NCBI RefSeq assembly: GCF_964213995.1
Contig: NW_027590139.1
Coordinates: forward strand, 124,001 to 188,000
Reading direction: 5' to 3'
DNA length: 64,000 bases
Origin: Mustelus asterias
Taxonomy: Eukaryota
Shown: piece by piece, positions 21,709 through 33,226 of the stretch
Position numbering within the stretch: the stretch's first letter is position 1
Layout of the letters: each line of letters begins with the position of its first letter
Position numbers and translations under genes: made by a program
The notes under the pieces: generated by a model
What the model was told of the DNA's origin: nothing
The model's database searches: none
What the model saw: the letters and a program-made list of their open reading frames with translations, nothing else

Positions 21709-23533
21709 ATGGCTGCAGGGGCGGGGCTTGACAACCGCGCGTGCTGGCACAAGCGGACCCTGAGCGGCACCAGCAGGTGCGGAGGCCGCGCGGGGAGCCG
21801 GGGTCTCGAGTAAGCGACAAGCCGGGTCAGCCCGCCTCTCCCGAGGGGACGCCACCGCACACTGACCCGGGGACGTGGCACCAACCCAAAACTTCCCAAC
21901 CCCGGGTTTTTCGCGCCTCTTTTACCCCTCACCGAGCTCCTCAGCACAAAGCAGCCCCTCAAATCCCCCAGAAACCACTCAGACCCCACTTGGCATCTTT
22001 TCCCCAGGTCATGACCCTGAGATGCCCTTTTGGTTTCAGCCCCTCCACCTGATCAGGTGCCAACTGCGGTGGTGGTTGGAGGACCGATTGCTCGTTTCCA
22101 GGGCCGGGTGCTGAACTGGATCTCTCTCAATGTCCCGCAGTGTTTGTTTTCAAGATACAATTTGGTAGCTCTTTCGGCACCAATCAAGTAAACGAACTCA
22201 AATTAACTTAGGGACAAAGTAAAAGGGGCGGCTCCCCAAAAGGAAGGGGGGAACAGCCCGAACCAAAATCAAAGTCGAAAGGAAACTTAAAACGTCAAAC
22301 CAAAAGGTGATTATCGGGGTCGATAATACACCCCAGCCCCTGCGGCGCCCAGCGGTCGCGGAAGGCGTCAACCGCGCCCGTGGACACCACATGCTCCCTC
22401 TCCAGAGACACCTGGCCGCGAATGTAGCCGCGGTAGAGGGGCAGACAGTCGGGATGGACGGCCCCGTTGATCGCCCGCTGCCTGGACCTATTGATGGCGC
22501 GTCTCGCCAGGCCCAGGAGCAGGTTCACGAGGAGGTCGGCATCCCGACCCGCCCCTCTCCGCACCAGGTGCCCGTAGATCAGGAGCGTGGGACTGAAGTG
22601 CAAACAAAACATCAGTAAAAGGTGTTTGAGGAAACCAAAAAGGGTGTGCAGCCTAAAACACAGAACGTAGACATGGTCCACGGACTCCACGAGGCCACAG
22701 AAAGGGCAGTCTTGGGAGCCCGTGTACCGGAAAAACCTACGGTTGCACGGCACTGCTGCGTGCAGCACCCTCCACCCCAGGTCCCCGAGATAATTTGGTA
22801 CATGTGGTGATTTGTCACTTTGTCCCTAAATGGAGGGCAAGCGGATTGGCACCCTGATTATCAATTCACACTAAATCCACTTCTGCAGCCCTCCATTCCC
22901 GTGGCAGTTCAGTGGACACAACGGCAGTGTGTGTCTGAGGTTTGCCCAAGCTTTAGTTCGTGCTGGCACTATTGCCACCATGTTGGGGTCGTCAACAGAG
23001 AGACTCCCTCTTTAAAGAAGGTCTTGAAAGGGTGACCCACTTGTGTTTTCTGTTTCTCATAGGAGCCGTGATCAACAGTGTGGCCAGAGAGACTCCATGT
23101 ACCCAGTCGTATATTCGGACAAACAGCTACCGGACATCTGCGTCCAAGAAACAGACCGGATCCTGGTTGAGAAAGTAAGTTGGATTTGAATGTGTCTTTA
23201 GTGTGTGGCTGACAACGCCCCTGGTTTGTCCACGGTGGTGAAGTACCTTGGTGAACCACAGCAGCCTGTGTGTTAAAGGGTTAATCGTCATCCTTACTTC
23301 CAGGCCTGGGTATAAGATCAGCATATGGCCTCCCCAAACCGGCCCCCTTTACTGATACCCTGCTCACTTTCTGTTTTCAGTCCTGCTGGGACACCGCCTT
23401 GGGCCCATTGAAACAGCTGCCCATGAATCTGTTCATCATGTACATGGCTGGCAACACCATCTCCATCCTCCCTATCATGATGTGTGCATGATGGCCTGGA
23501 GACCCATACAGGCCTTGATGTCCATGTCTGCAA
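21709..23533 (+). pseudogene. EMC4: Unprocessed, 3'-truncated EMC4 (TMEM85) pseudogene; exons 21709-21776, 23063-23174, 23381-23533
   Basis: MAAGAGLDNR.../[71 protein letters not shown](-1)[20 protein letters not shown] junctions intact, 1-nt deletion in exon 3, downstream exons not found. Confidence 0.93.
22168..22791 (-). mobile_element. Tx1-clade non-LTR retrotransposon 3' end in EMC4 intron 1
   Basis: ORF 22295..22768 has the CPFCGLVESVDHVYVLC zinc knuckle and LVNLLLGLARRAI; 9-bp TSD aatttggta (22159-67, 22792-800). Confidence 0.85.
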
Positions 23534-23924
23534 GTGAGTATTGTATTGAATCTACAGCTCAGAAACAGCTCTGAACCGGCATCACTTGAGTGCAGCTTAG
23601 AATATAATTCTGGGAGTTGGGTAATTAAGGGAGTTAGGGAAGGAAGGGAAAGAGGTGCCCTTTTGCTTTCTAACTTTCTCAGCCTTTGGGAAGTGATCTT
23701 ACTCTTCGACAGGAGAAGAAGCCAGATTTTTGGTGAGTATCTGCTAAGTAACGAAGATTTATTCTGTTCCTAAGGATCAAAATAGTATAGCAACAGGTGT
23801 TAAGGTTAATAAAATACTTAAAAACCAAAATAAATTATCATTGGATAAAAGAAATAGTTTATCAGTACACATTCAAGCTGCAGCATTTGGGAGTTCCTGG
23901 GTGTCAGTTTGATCCAGGGCAAAC

Positions 23925-24660
23925 AGGGCATAGAGGTTTACAGCATGGAAACATACCCTTCGGCCCAACTTGTCCATGCCACCCTTTTTTTAAAACCCCT
24001 GAGCTTGTCCCAATTGTCCGCATTTCGCCCATATTCCTCTGTACCCATGTCTAAATGCTTTTTAAAATACAAAATTGTACCCCCTCTACTACGACCTCTG
24101 GCAGCTTGTTCCAGACACTCACCACCCTCTGTGCGAAACAATTGCCCCTTTGGACATTTTTCTATCTCTCCCCTCTCACCTTAAACCTATGCCCTCCAGT
24201 TTTAGACTCCCCTACCTTTGGGAAAAGATATTGACTATCTAGCTGATCTATGCCCCTCATTATTTTATAGGCCTTCATAACATCACCCTCAGCCTCCTCA
24301 GACCAAGAGAAAAAAGTCCCAGTCTATCCAGCCTCTCCTTATAACTCAAACCATCAAGTCCGGTAGCATCCGAGTAAATCTCTACTGCACTCTTTCTAGT
24401 TTCATAATATCCTTTCTATAATAGGGTGACCAGAACTGTACATAGTATTCCAAGTGTGGCCTTACCAATGTCTTGCGCAACTTCAACAAGATGTCCGAAC
24501 TCCTGTATTCAATGTTCTGACCAATGAAACCAAGCATGCCGAATGCCTTATTCTCCACTCTGTCCACCTGTGACTCCACTTTCAAGGAGCTATGAACATG
24601 TACCCTTAGATCTTTTTGTGCTATAACTCTCCCCAACACCTACCATTAACTGAGTAAGTC
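23925..24660 (-). mobile_element. CR1 LINE 3' fragment
   Basis: ORF 24382..24639 (LVRPHLEYYVQFWSP) plus a CR1 tail. Confidence 0.9.
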
Positions 24661-27132
24661 ATACATAGAAAATAGAACAGGCCCTTCGGCCCACGATGTT
24701 GTGCCGAGCTTTATCTGAAACCAAGATCAAGCTATCCCACTCCCTATCATCCTGGTGTGCTCCATGTGCCTATCCAATAACCGCTTAAATGTTCCTAAAG
24801 TGTCTGACTCCACTATCACTGCAGGCAGTCCATTCCACACCCCAACCACTCTCTGCGTAAAGAACCTACCTCTGATATCCTTCCTATATCTCCCACCATG
24901 AACCCTATAATTATGCCCCCTTGTCATACCTCCATCCACCCGAGGAAATAGTCTTTGAACGTTCACTCTATCTGTCCCCTTCATCATTTTATAAACCTCT
25001 ATTTAGTCTCCCCTCAACCTCCTCCGCTCCAGAGAGAACAGCCCAAGCTCCCTCGACCTTTCCTCAGAAGACTTACCCTTCAAACCAGGCAGCATCCTGG
25101 TAAATCTCCTCTGCACTCTTTCCAGCGCTTCCACATCCTTCTTATAGTGAGGTGATCAGAACTGCACACAATATTCCAAATGTGGTCTCACCAAGGTCCT
25201 GTACAGTTGCAGCATAACCCCACGGCTCTTAAACTCCAACCCCCTGTTAATAAAAGCTAACACACTATAGGCCTTCTTCACAGCTCTATCCATTTGAGTG
25301 GCAACCTTCAGAGATCTGTGGATATGGACCCCAAGATCTCTCTGTTCCTCCACAGTCTTCAGAACCCTACCTTTGACCCTGGAATCCACATTTAAATCTG
25401 TCCTACCAAAATGAATCACCTCACATTTATCAGGGTTAAACTCCATCTGCCATTTTTCAGCCCAGCTTTGCATCCTATCTATGTCTCTTTGCAGTCTACA
25501 ACAGCCCTCCACCTCATCCACTACTCCACCAATCTTGGTGTCATCAGCAAATTTACTGATCCACCCTTCAGCCCCCTCCTCTAGGTCATTAATAAAAATC
25601 ACAAATAGCAGAGGACCAAGCACTGATCCTTGTGGCACTCCGCTAGCAACCTGCCTCCAGTCCTAAAATTTTCCATTCACCACCACCCTCTGTCTTCGAT
25701 CAGATAGCCAGTTACCTATCCAATCGGCCAACTTTCCCTCTATCCCAACCTCCTTACTTTCATCATAAGCTGACCATGGGGGACCTTATCAAACGCCTTA
25801 CTAAAATCCATGTATATGACATCAACTGCCCTACCTTCATCAACACACTTAGTTACCTCCTCAAAAAATTCTATCAAATTTGTGAGGCACGACTTGCCCT
25901 TCACGAATCCGTGCTGACTATCCGCTGATTAATCCACATCTTTCTAAATGGTCATAAATCCCATCCCTAAGGACCTTTTCCATCAACTTACCAACCACCG
26001 AAGTAAGACTAACCGGCCTATAATTACCAGGGTCATTTCTATTCCCTTTCTTAAACAGAGGAACAACACTCGCCACTCTCCAGTCCTCTGGCACCATCCC
26101 CGTGGACCGTGAGGACCCAAAGATCAAAGCCAAAGGCTCTGCAATCTCATCCCTTGCCTCCCAAAGAATCCTAGGATATATTTCATCAGGCCCAGGAGAC
26201 TTATCGACCTTCAGTTTATTCAAAACTGCTAGTACATCCTCCCGCCGAACATCTACTTCCTCCAGCCTATTAGCCTGTAACGCCTTCTCTTCCTCAAAAA
26301 CATGACCCCTCTCCTTGGTGAACACTGAAGAAAAGTATTCATTCATCACCTCTCCTATCTCTACTGACTCCATACACAAGTTCCCACTACTGTCCTTGAC
26401 CGGCCCTAACCTCACCCTGGTCATTCGTTTATTCCTCACATAAGAGTAAAAAGCCTTGGGGTTTTCCTTGATCCGACCCGCCAAGGACTTCTCATGTCCC
26501 CTCCTAGCTCTCCTAAGCCCCTTTTTCAGCTCATTCCTTGCTAACTTGTAACCCTCAATCGAGCCATCTGAACCTTGTTTCCTCATAAGCTTCCCACCTC
26601 TTTTGTGAACCATGGTTCCCTCACTCGGCCATTTCCTCCCTGCCTGACAGGGACATACCTATCAAGGACACACAGTATTTGTTCCTTGAAAAAATTCCAC
26701 TTTTCATTAGTGCCTTTCCCTGACAGTTTCTGTTCCCATCTTATGCCCCCTAATTCTTGCCTAATCGCATCATAATTACCTCTTCCCCCAATTATAAACC
26801 TTGCCCTGCCGTACGGCCCTATCCTTCTCCATTGCAATAACAAAAGACACCGAATTGTGGTCACTATCTCCAAAGTGCTCTCCCACAACCAAATCTAACA
26901 CTTGGCCCGGTTCATTTCCCAGTACCAAATCCACTGTGACCCCATCTCTTGTCGGCCTATCCACATATTGTGTCAGGAAACCCTCCTGCACACACTGCAC
27001 AAAAACTGCCCCATCCGAACTATTCGACCTACAAAGGTACCAATCAATATTTGGAAAGTTAAAGTCCCCCATGACAACTACCCTGTGCCCCCCACACCTA
27101 TCCATAATCTGCTTAGCAATTTCTTCCTCCAC
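24661..27132 (-). mobile_element. CR1 LINE, 2.5 kb (endonuclease end to 3' tail), frameshifted
   Basis: ORFs 26776..27132 (VVMGDFNFP, SDHN), 25918..26613, 25156..25638 (FADD) and 24727..24987. Confidence 0.95.
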
Positions 27133-27207
27133 CTGGTTTCAGCAGCAGGTGAGCTGAGGCCAGGACAAAGTGGGGCGATGTCACTGAGGTGGAAATAGGT
27201 AGTGTAG

Positions 27208-28010
27208 GTGGTGATGTGGCAAATAGAGTTAAATACAGATCAGTGTGAGGTGTTGCATCATGGAAAGTCAAACCAAGGTAGAACTTTCACAGTGAATGGT
27301 CGGACCTCAGGGAGTATCGTGGAACAGAGGGACCTTGGAGTCCAGGTGCACGGTTCTCTTAAGGTGGAGTCACACATAGATAGGGCAGTGAAGAAGGCTT
27401 TTGACATGCTGGCCTTTATCAGTCAGGGCATTGAGTATAGGAGTTGGGAAGTTATGTTGCAGTTGTACAGGACTTTGGTGAGGCTGCACCTGGAATATTG
27501 TGTTCAGTTTTGGTCACCTTGATTTGGAAAGATGTTATTAAACTGGAGAGAGTGCAGAAGAGATTTACAAGGATGTTGCCAGGACTCAAGTTATAGGGAG
27601 AGATTGGATGAGTTAGGACTTTTTTCTTTGGAGCGTAGGAGACTGAGGGGTGATCTTATAGAGGTGTGTAAGATCATGAGAGGCATGGATAGGTTGAATG
27701 CACTCAGTCTTTTTCCCAGGGTTGGGGAATTAAGAATTAGAGGGCATAAGTTTAAGTTAAGAGGAGAAAGAATTAATGGGAACCTGAGGAGCAGCTTTTT
27801 TACACAGAGGGTGGTACGTATGTGGAATGAGCTGCCGGAGGAAGTGGTTGAGGCAGGGACATTGTCAACATTTAAAAGGCATTTGGACAGATACATGGAT
27901 AGGAAAGGTTTAGAAGGATATGGGCCAAATGGAGTTAGCTTACATGGGCATTTCTGGTGGGCATGGACCAGTTTGGGCCGAAGGGCCTGTCTCCGTGCTG
28001 TAGATTCTAT
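27208..28010 (+). mobile_element. CR1 LINE 3' fragment inserted in an older L2-like relic
   Basis: ORFs 27208..27522 and 27532..28305; L2-like sequence on both sides. Confidence 0.9.
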
Positions 28011-28720
28011 GAGGATATGTTTGGAAGCTCAGTTTGAAGTGAAACATGTTACTGAGACTGTGAATACTCCGGTTCAGCCTCAGACAGTCGCAATGGGGAC
28101 AGATGGAGTCAGTGGTTCGGAAGTGGAATTTGTTGCAGGGCTGAAGATGATAGCCTTCATCTTCCAATATTTAACGAAGGCAATTACTGCTCATCCAATC
28201 CTGGGTGTCAGACAAGGGAGGATGGTGTGTAAAGTTGGAGGGAATTTGGAGATGATGGTGTTCACATACACCTCTTACCCTGATCCTTCTCGGTGTGCAG
28301 GTTAACGGTTTTAAGGTTCAAACCACTGGTTGAGTTGTAGATACATTAAGTCCCTCCTTTGCCCCCACCTCTCTCTCCATCCATTGAGGCCAGAGCCTTG
28401 TGTAGTCCCAGACTGGATGGCAGATTATCTTCCCTGAAAGGCATTAGTGAACCAGTTGAGGTTTTATGACAATCCAGCAGTTTCCATGGTAACTTTTTCT
28501 AGTGCCGGCCCCACAAATGACCAGATTCATTCAGCTCAATTTCACAACCTGCCTTTGTGTTTTTGTGGGATCTCTCTCACTCCCTTTTCACTGTTTTAAA
28601 TCAATTTCACAGAGTTTTAGAAGGGGAGGATTTGCGTCAGGAAACTCAGACCAAACATCACATCAGGATCTGACTGAGTCGCCCAATTTATTGTAACCTG
28701 AATATAACTGAACCTTGAGC

Positions 28721-29917
28721 ATGGAAGGGAAAACCACCATTCACAATGGGGCAAAACTGTACACGTGTTCTGTGTGTGGACAAGGATTCAGACAATCATC
28801 TGGCCTGTCAAGACACAAGTGCAGTCACACTGAGGAGAAACCGTGGAAATGTGGGGAAGGATTCAGAGACCTGTCTGAGCTGGAAATTCACCAATACAGT
28901 AACACTGGGGAGAGGCTGTTCACCTGCTCTGAGTGTGGGAGAGGATTCACTCAGTCATCCACCCTGCTGACACACCAGCGAGTTCACACTGGAGAGAGGC
29001 CATTTATCTGCTCCGAGTGTGGAAAGGGATTCACTCAATCATCTAACCTGCTGACACACCAGCGCACTCACACTGGGGAGAAGCCATTCACCTGCTCTGA
29101 ATGTGGGATGCGATTCACGCAGTCATTCAACCTGCTGAGACACCAGCGGGTTCACAAGGGAGAGAGACCATTCACCTGCTCCGAGTGTGGGAAGGGATTC
29201 ACTCAGTCATCTACACTGCAGACACACCAGCGAGTTCACACAGAGGAGAGACCATTTAAATGTCCAGAATGTGGCAAGTGCTATAAAAGTTTAAAGGAAG
29301 TGATGTTCCATCAACGTGTTCACACTGAGGAGAGACCATTTAAATGCCCAGACTGCGAGAAGTGTTATAGAGGTTCCAGAGAACTAATGTTCCATCAACG
29401 TGTTCACACTGATGAGAGACCGTTCAGGTGCTCTCACTGCGGGACTGGGTTCAGGTGGTCATCTCAACTCACTGAACACCAGCGAATTCACACTGGGGAG
29501 CGGCCGTTCACCTGCACCGACTGTGGGAAGGGATTCACTCGGACATCACACCTCATGGCACATCAGCAAGTTCACACCGATGAGAGACCGTTTAAATGTC
29601 CAGATTGCGGGAAGTGCTGTAAAAGTTCCAGCAATCTAGTGTCCCATCAACGTGTTCACAGTGAGGAGAGACCTTTTAAATGTCCAGACTGCGGGAAATG
29701 CTATAAAAGCTGCAGCGATCTGATGTCTCATCAACGTGGTCACACTGATGAGAGACCGTTCAAGTGCACTCACTGCGGGACTGGGTTCAGGCGACCATCC
29801 CAACTCACTGTCCACCAGCGAATTCACACTGGGGAGAGGCCGTTCACCTGCTCCAAATGTGGAAAGGGATTCACTCAGAAATACAACCTGTTGAGCCATC
29901 AGCGAGTTGACAAGTGA
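28721..29917 (+). CDS. C2H2 zinc-finger protein ZNF-A (13 intact + 1 degenerate finger, no KRAB)
   Basis: Open 398-aa ORF from ATG 28721 with HTGERPF linkers. Acceptor ttcacag at 28612; AATAAA about 29990. Confidence 0.92.
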   Translation: MEGKTTIHNGAKLYTCSVCGQGFRQSSGLSRHKCSHTEEKPWKCGEGFRDLSELEIHQYSNTGERLFTCSECGRGFTQSSTLLTHQRVHTGERPFICSECGKGFTQSSNLLTHQRTHTGEKPFTCSECGMRFTQSFNLLRHQRVHKGERPFTCSECGKGFTQSSTLQTHQRVHTEERPFKCPECGKCYKSLKEVMFHQRVHTEERPFKCPDCEKCYRGSRELMFHQRVHTDERPFRCSHCGTGFRWSSQLTEHQRIHTGERPFTCTDCGKGFTRTSHLMAHQQVHTDERPFKCPDCGKCCKSSSNLVSHQRVHSEERPFKCPDCGKCYKSCSDLMSHQRGHTDERPFKCTHCGTGFRRPSQLTVHQRIHTGERPFTCSKCGKGFTQKYNLLSHQRVDK

Positions 29918-30079
29918 CTGCTGGAGTTTGATTCTGCTGTTTATCACAAATCACAAACATGTTGATTGTGGTCATTCGCCTCTGATGTAAATAAATTTGA
30001 GCCCACATATAAATACTAATGTCCTGGATGAAAGTCAAATAAATCTGCTTTTATGTTAAACAATCTGTTGAAACTTTTT

Positions 30080-30560
30080 TTATCTCTGACTCAAGTCCAT
30101 TCCTTTCGAATGGCTCTCCCTCTCCCCTGTCTCCTCCATCCTGACCCCCAACAAAAAGTGTGATGAAGTCATGGAGCTTCTTTGTCACTCGGATTGAGCC
30201 AACCCATTCAGCTGCCCCTGCTGCTTCCCTCTCTTCCACCCTCCCACTGAGCCAAACTAATGTGTCTAAAGCCTCTCCCTGTCTGAGCCCCGAACCCACA
30301 TCTTTCAACAGTTTCTTTCCTGTTTTGCCCTGACTCCATTTCCACTAAATTGCCGACCATCCAACTTCTCCATATTGGCTGACATTGTTAATGATTCTCT
30401 CCCTCTCTTCTCGTTTTGTTCCTCTCATTTTTAAATACACAAATATCACCCTTTCTGAAAAAAAACCCTTTGATCCCACTTTGCTTGCAAATTATGGCCC
30501 CATCTCCAGCCTCCCTTTCCTCTCCAAAGTCTTTGAACTTGGTGTCTCCCAAGGAGACTT
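30080..30560 (+). mobile_element. L2 LINE fragment
   Basis: KKPFDPTLLANYGPISSLPFLSKVFE (ORF 30385..30630). Confidence 0.8.
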
Positions 30561-30577
30561 TTGGTCTCCTATTTGGG

Positions 30578-30995
30578 CAGCAAGGTGGCATGGTGGTTCG
30601 CACTGCTGCCTCTCAGATCCAGACACCTGAGTTCAATTTCAACCTGTGTGGAGTTTGCACATTCTTTCTGTGTCTGTGTGGATTTCCTCCGTGTGCTCCG
30701 GTTTCTTCCACACTCCAAAGATGTGCTCGGTGGAATGGCCATGCTAAATGTATGGGTTATGGGTATAGGGTGGGGAGAGGGACAGCAGATTTCCTTCCCC
30801 AGAGGACGTTAGTGAGCAATCAGCAATTGGCCGTGCTAAAATTGCCCCTTAGTGTCCTGGGATGTGTAGATTAGAGGGATTCGTGGGTAAAATATGTAGG
30901 GATATGGGGGTAGGGCCTGGGTGGGATTGTGGTCGGTGCAGACTCGATGGGCCGAATGGCCTCTTTCTGTACTGTAGGGTTTCTATGATTCTCTG
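30578..30995 (+). mobile_element. V-SINE(s)
   Basis: SINE head/V-domain plus gactcgatgggccgaatggc tail. Confidence 0.8.
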
Positions 30996-32221
30996 GTTTC
31001 ATGGTCAGAGCATTGCCCTGGGGTCTCTGGATTACTGTGCTAGTGACAATATCACTCTGCCACTGCCTCCTCAATGTACACACATAGGAAAAGGCCATTC
31101 ACCTGCTCCGTGTGGGAAAGAATTTATGCATCCAATTTGAAGGGCTGTGATCACAATAACCTCAGACCTCCGGACTATTTTGTTTGTGGTGGATATTTAG
31201 TAAGGATACTACCTACAACTGTTGTGGAGAATCAAAGACACAGCTCCAGTCTGATACGGACCTTGTTCATTTAACCAAGACCTGATCACATAAACCCCAG
31301 TGTAATCTAACAGGTCTTTCACAGGTCTATTGGACACGACCTCTCACCTGACAAGTACATGGGATTCTTTCATATTGAAACATCGCAGACAAGTGATAAC
31401 TATGAAGATTCAGAATATGAATGCCTTTTTGTAATTCCAACATTCATCCACTCTTGACCATAAGACATAGGAGCAGAATTAGGCCACTCGGCCCATCGAG
31501 TCTGATCTGCCATTCAATCATGGCTGATATTTTCCTCATCCCCAGTCTCCTGCCTTTTCCCCATAACCCCTGATCCCCTTATTAATCAAGAACCTATCTA
31601 TCTCTGTGGAAGCCACTCAATGACCTGGCCTCCACAGCCTTCTGTGGCGAAGAGTTCCAACAGATTCACCACTCTCTGGCTGAAGAAATTCCTCCTAATC
31701 TCTGTTTTAAAGGATCATCCCTTTAGTCTGAGGTTGTGCCCTGGAGTATTCCGGTTAACACACTGGAATACTCCCTTAGCCCTTTAGGATAATGTCACTG
31801 CAGTATATGGGATCTGCAGAAACATTCAATTAAATTCTACCAGCCACCTGGTATGCTTAACTGTGGAAACCCTTTTCCATTAAGGTCTCAGATTACTACA
31901 GCAGCTATGCATTGTTCTGACTCGACCAGCCGGGCTGTGGAATTAATTGGATAGATCTTCCAGAGAGCCAGCAGAGACATAATGGGCCAAATGGTTTCTA
32001 TTTATGCTGTATCATTCTCTAAAAGAGTGAATATTCAGTACCAGTGACAGAGAGAAGAACCAGTGACTGTGCAATTGAACCCAGCCAGAATCAGCACCAT
32101 AAAGGGAGGAGTGAGGGGGAAACGGTATAAAAGCTTTGAAACCATTGCATGGTCCTGCAGTAGAACTTTGAAAAATAGAGCACAGCATATCACCAATTCT
32201 CAATATTTCAGTCATTTACCT

Positions 32222-32788
32222 TTATGCTGCAACTGTACAGGATCTTGGTGAGACCACATTTGGAATATTGTGTGCAGTTCTGGTCACCTCACCATAAGAA
32301 GGATGTGGAAGCACTGGAAAGAGTGCAGAGGAGATTTACCAGGATGCTGCCTGGTTTGGAGGGTAGGTCTTATGAGGAAAGGTTGAGGGAGCTAGGCCTG
32401 TTCTCTCTGGAGCGGAGGAAGCTGAGGGGAGACTTAATAGAGGTTTATAAAATGATGAAGGGGATAGATAGAGTGAATGTTCAAAGACTATTTCCTCGGG
32501 TGGATGGAGCTATTACAAGGGGGCATAACTATAGGGTTCATGGTGGGAGATATAGGAAGGATATCAGAGGTAGGTTCTTTATGCAGAGAGTGGTTGGGGT
32601 GTGGAATGGACTGCCTGCAGTGATAGTGGAGTCAGACACTTTAGGAACATTTAAGCGGTTATTGGATAGGCACATGGAGCACACCAGGATGATAGGGAGT
32701 GGGATAGCTTGATCTTGGTTTCAGATAAAGCTCGGCACAACATCGTGGGCCGAAGGGCCTGTTCTGTGCTGTACTGTTCTATGTTCTA
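32222..32788 (+). mobile_element. Young CR1 3' fragment
   Basis: ORF 32224..32712 is nearly identical to the 3' end of the CR1 at 24.7-25.2 kb. Confidence 0.95.
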
Positions 32789-32879
32789 AATGCTAACAAT
32801 GTTATTTTGAACTAACTATATGAAGTTTCAATGGCGGTCATTGCCCAGCATTCGCTGCGGGTGTGAAAGTGCCCTATTC

Positions 32880-33226
32880 ACTCCACAGGAGCCCAGTACG
32901 CAGGCGCAGCGCTGTATCTGGGGCATGCGCAGTGTCACTTTGCTCGGAGCCCGCGAGTCCGGGAGACACTTGTTTCAAGGGGTGAGAATCGGTGCGGCGG
33001 AGGGAGGAATGGAGCCGGGTGTCGGGGTGGGGAGGGAACAGAGGCTTCATAAACATCTGCTGTAGGCCGCAAGGTCTGAATAAGAGCCTTCCGGTCCCGG
33101 GTTTGCAGCTCCGTGGATTTTATCCGGGATCAGGCCCAGTGCCGCGGCCGCCATCTTTGTTTAGCGGGGAGCAGAGCGCATGCGCGGCCGGTGGGCGGAG
33201 CTTCAGGATTTGGGTGACCAGGTGAG
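32880..33226 (+). promoter_or_regulatory. CpG-island promoter/first exon (probably of ZNF-B)
   Basis: NRF1 gcgcatgcgc motifs, YY1 gccgccatctt and donor ccag|gtgaga at about 33221. Confidence 0.65.

Noticed and set aside
21666-22114. ORFs in CpG islands (also 32820-33225, 37498-38028, 53809-54369)
   Set aside because: GC-rich promoter/intron sequence depleted of stops; no recognisable domains.
31065-31135. Additional ZNF gene
   Set aside because: Only a single broken finger relic.
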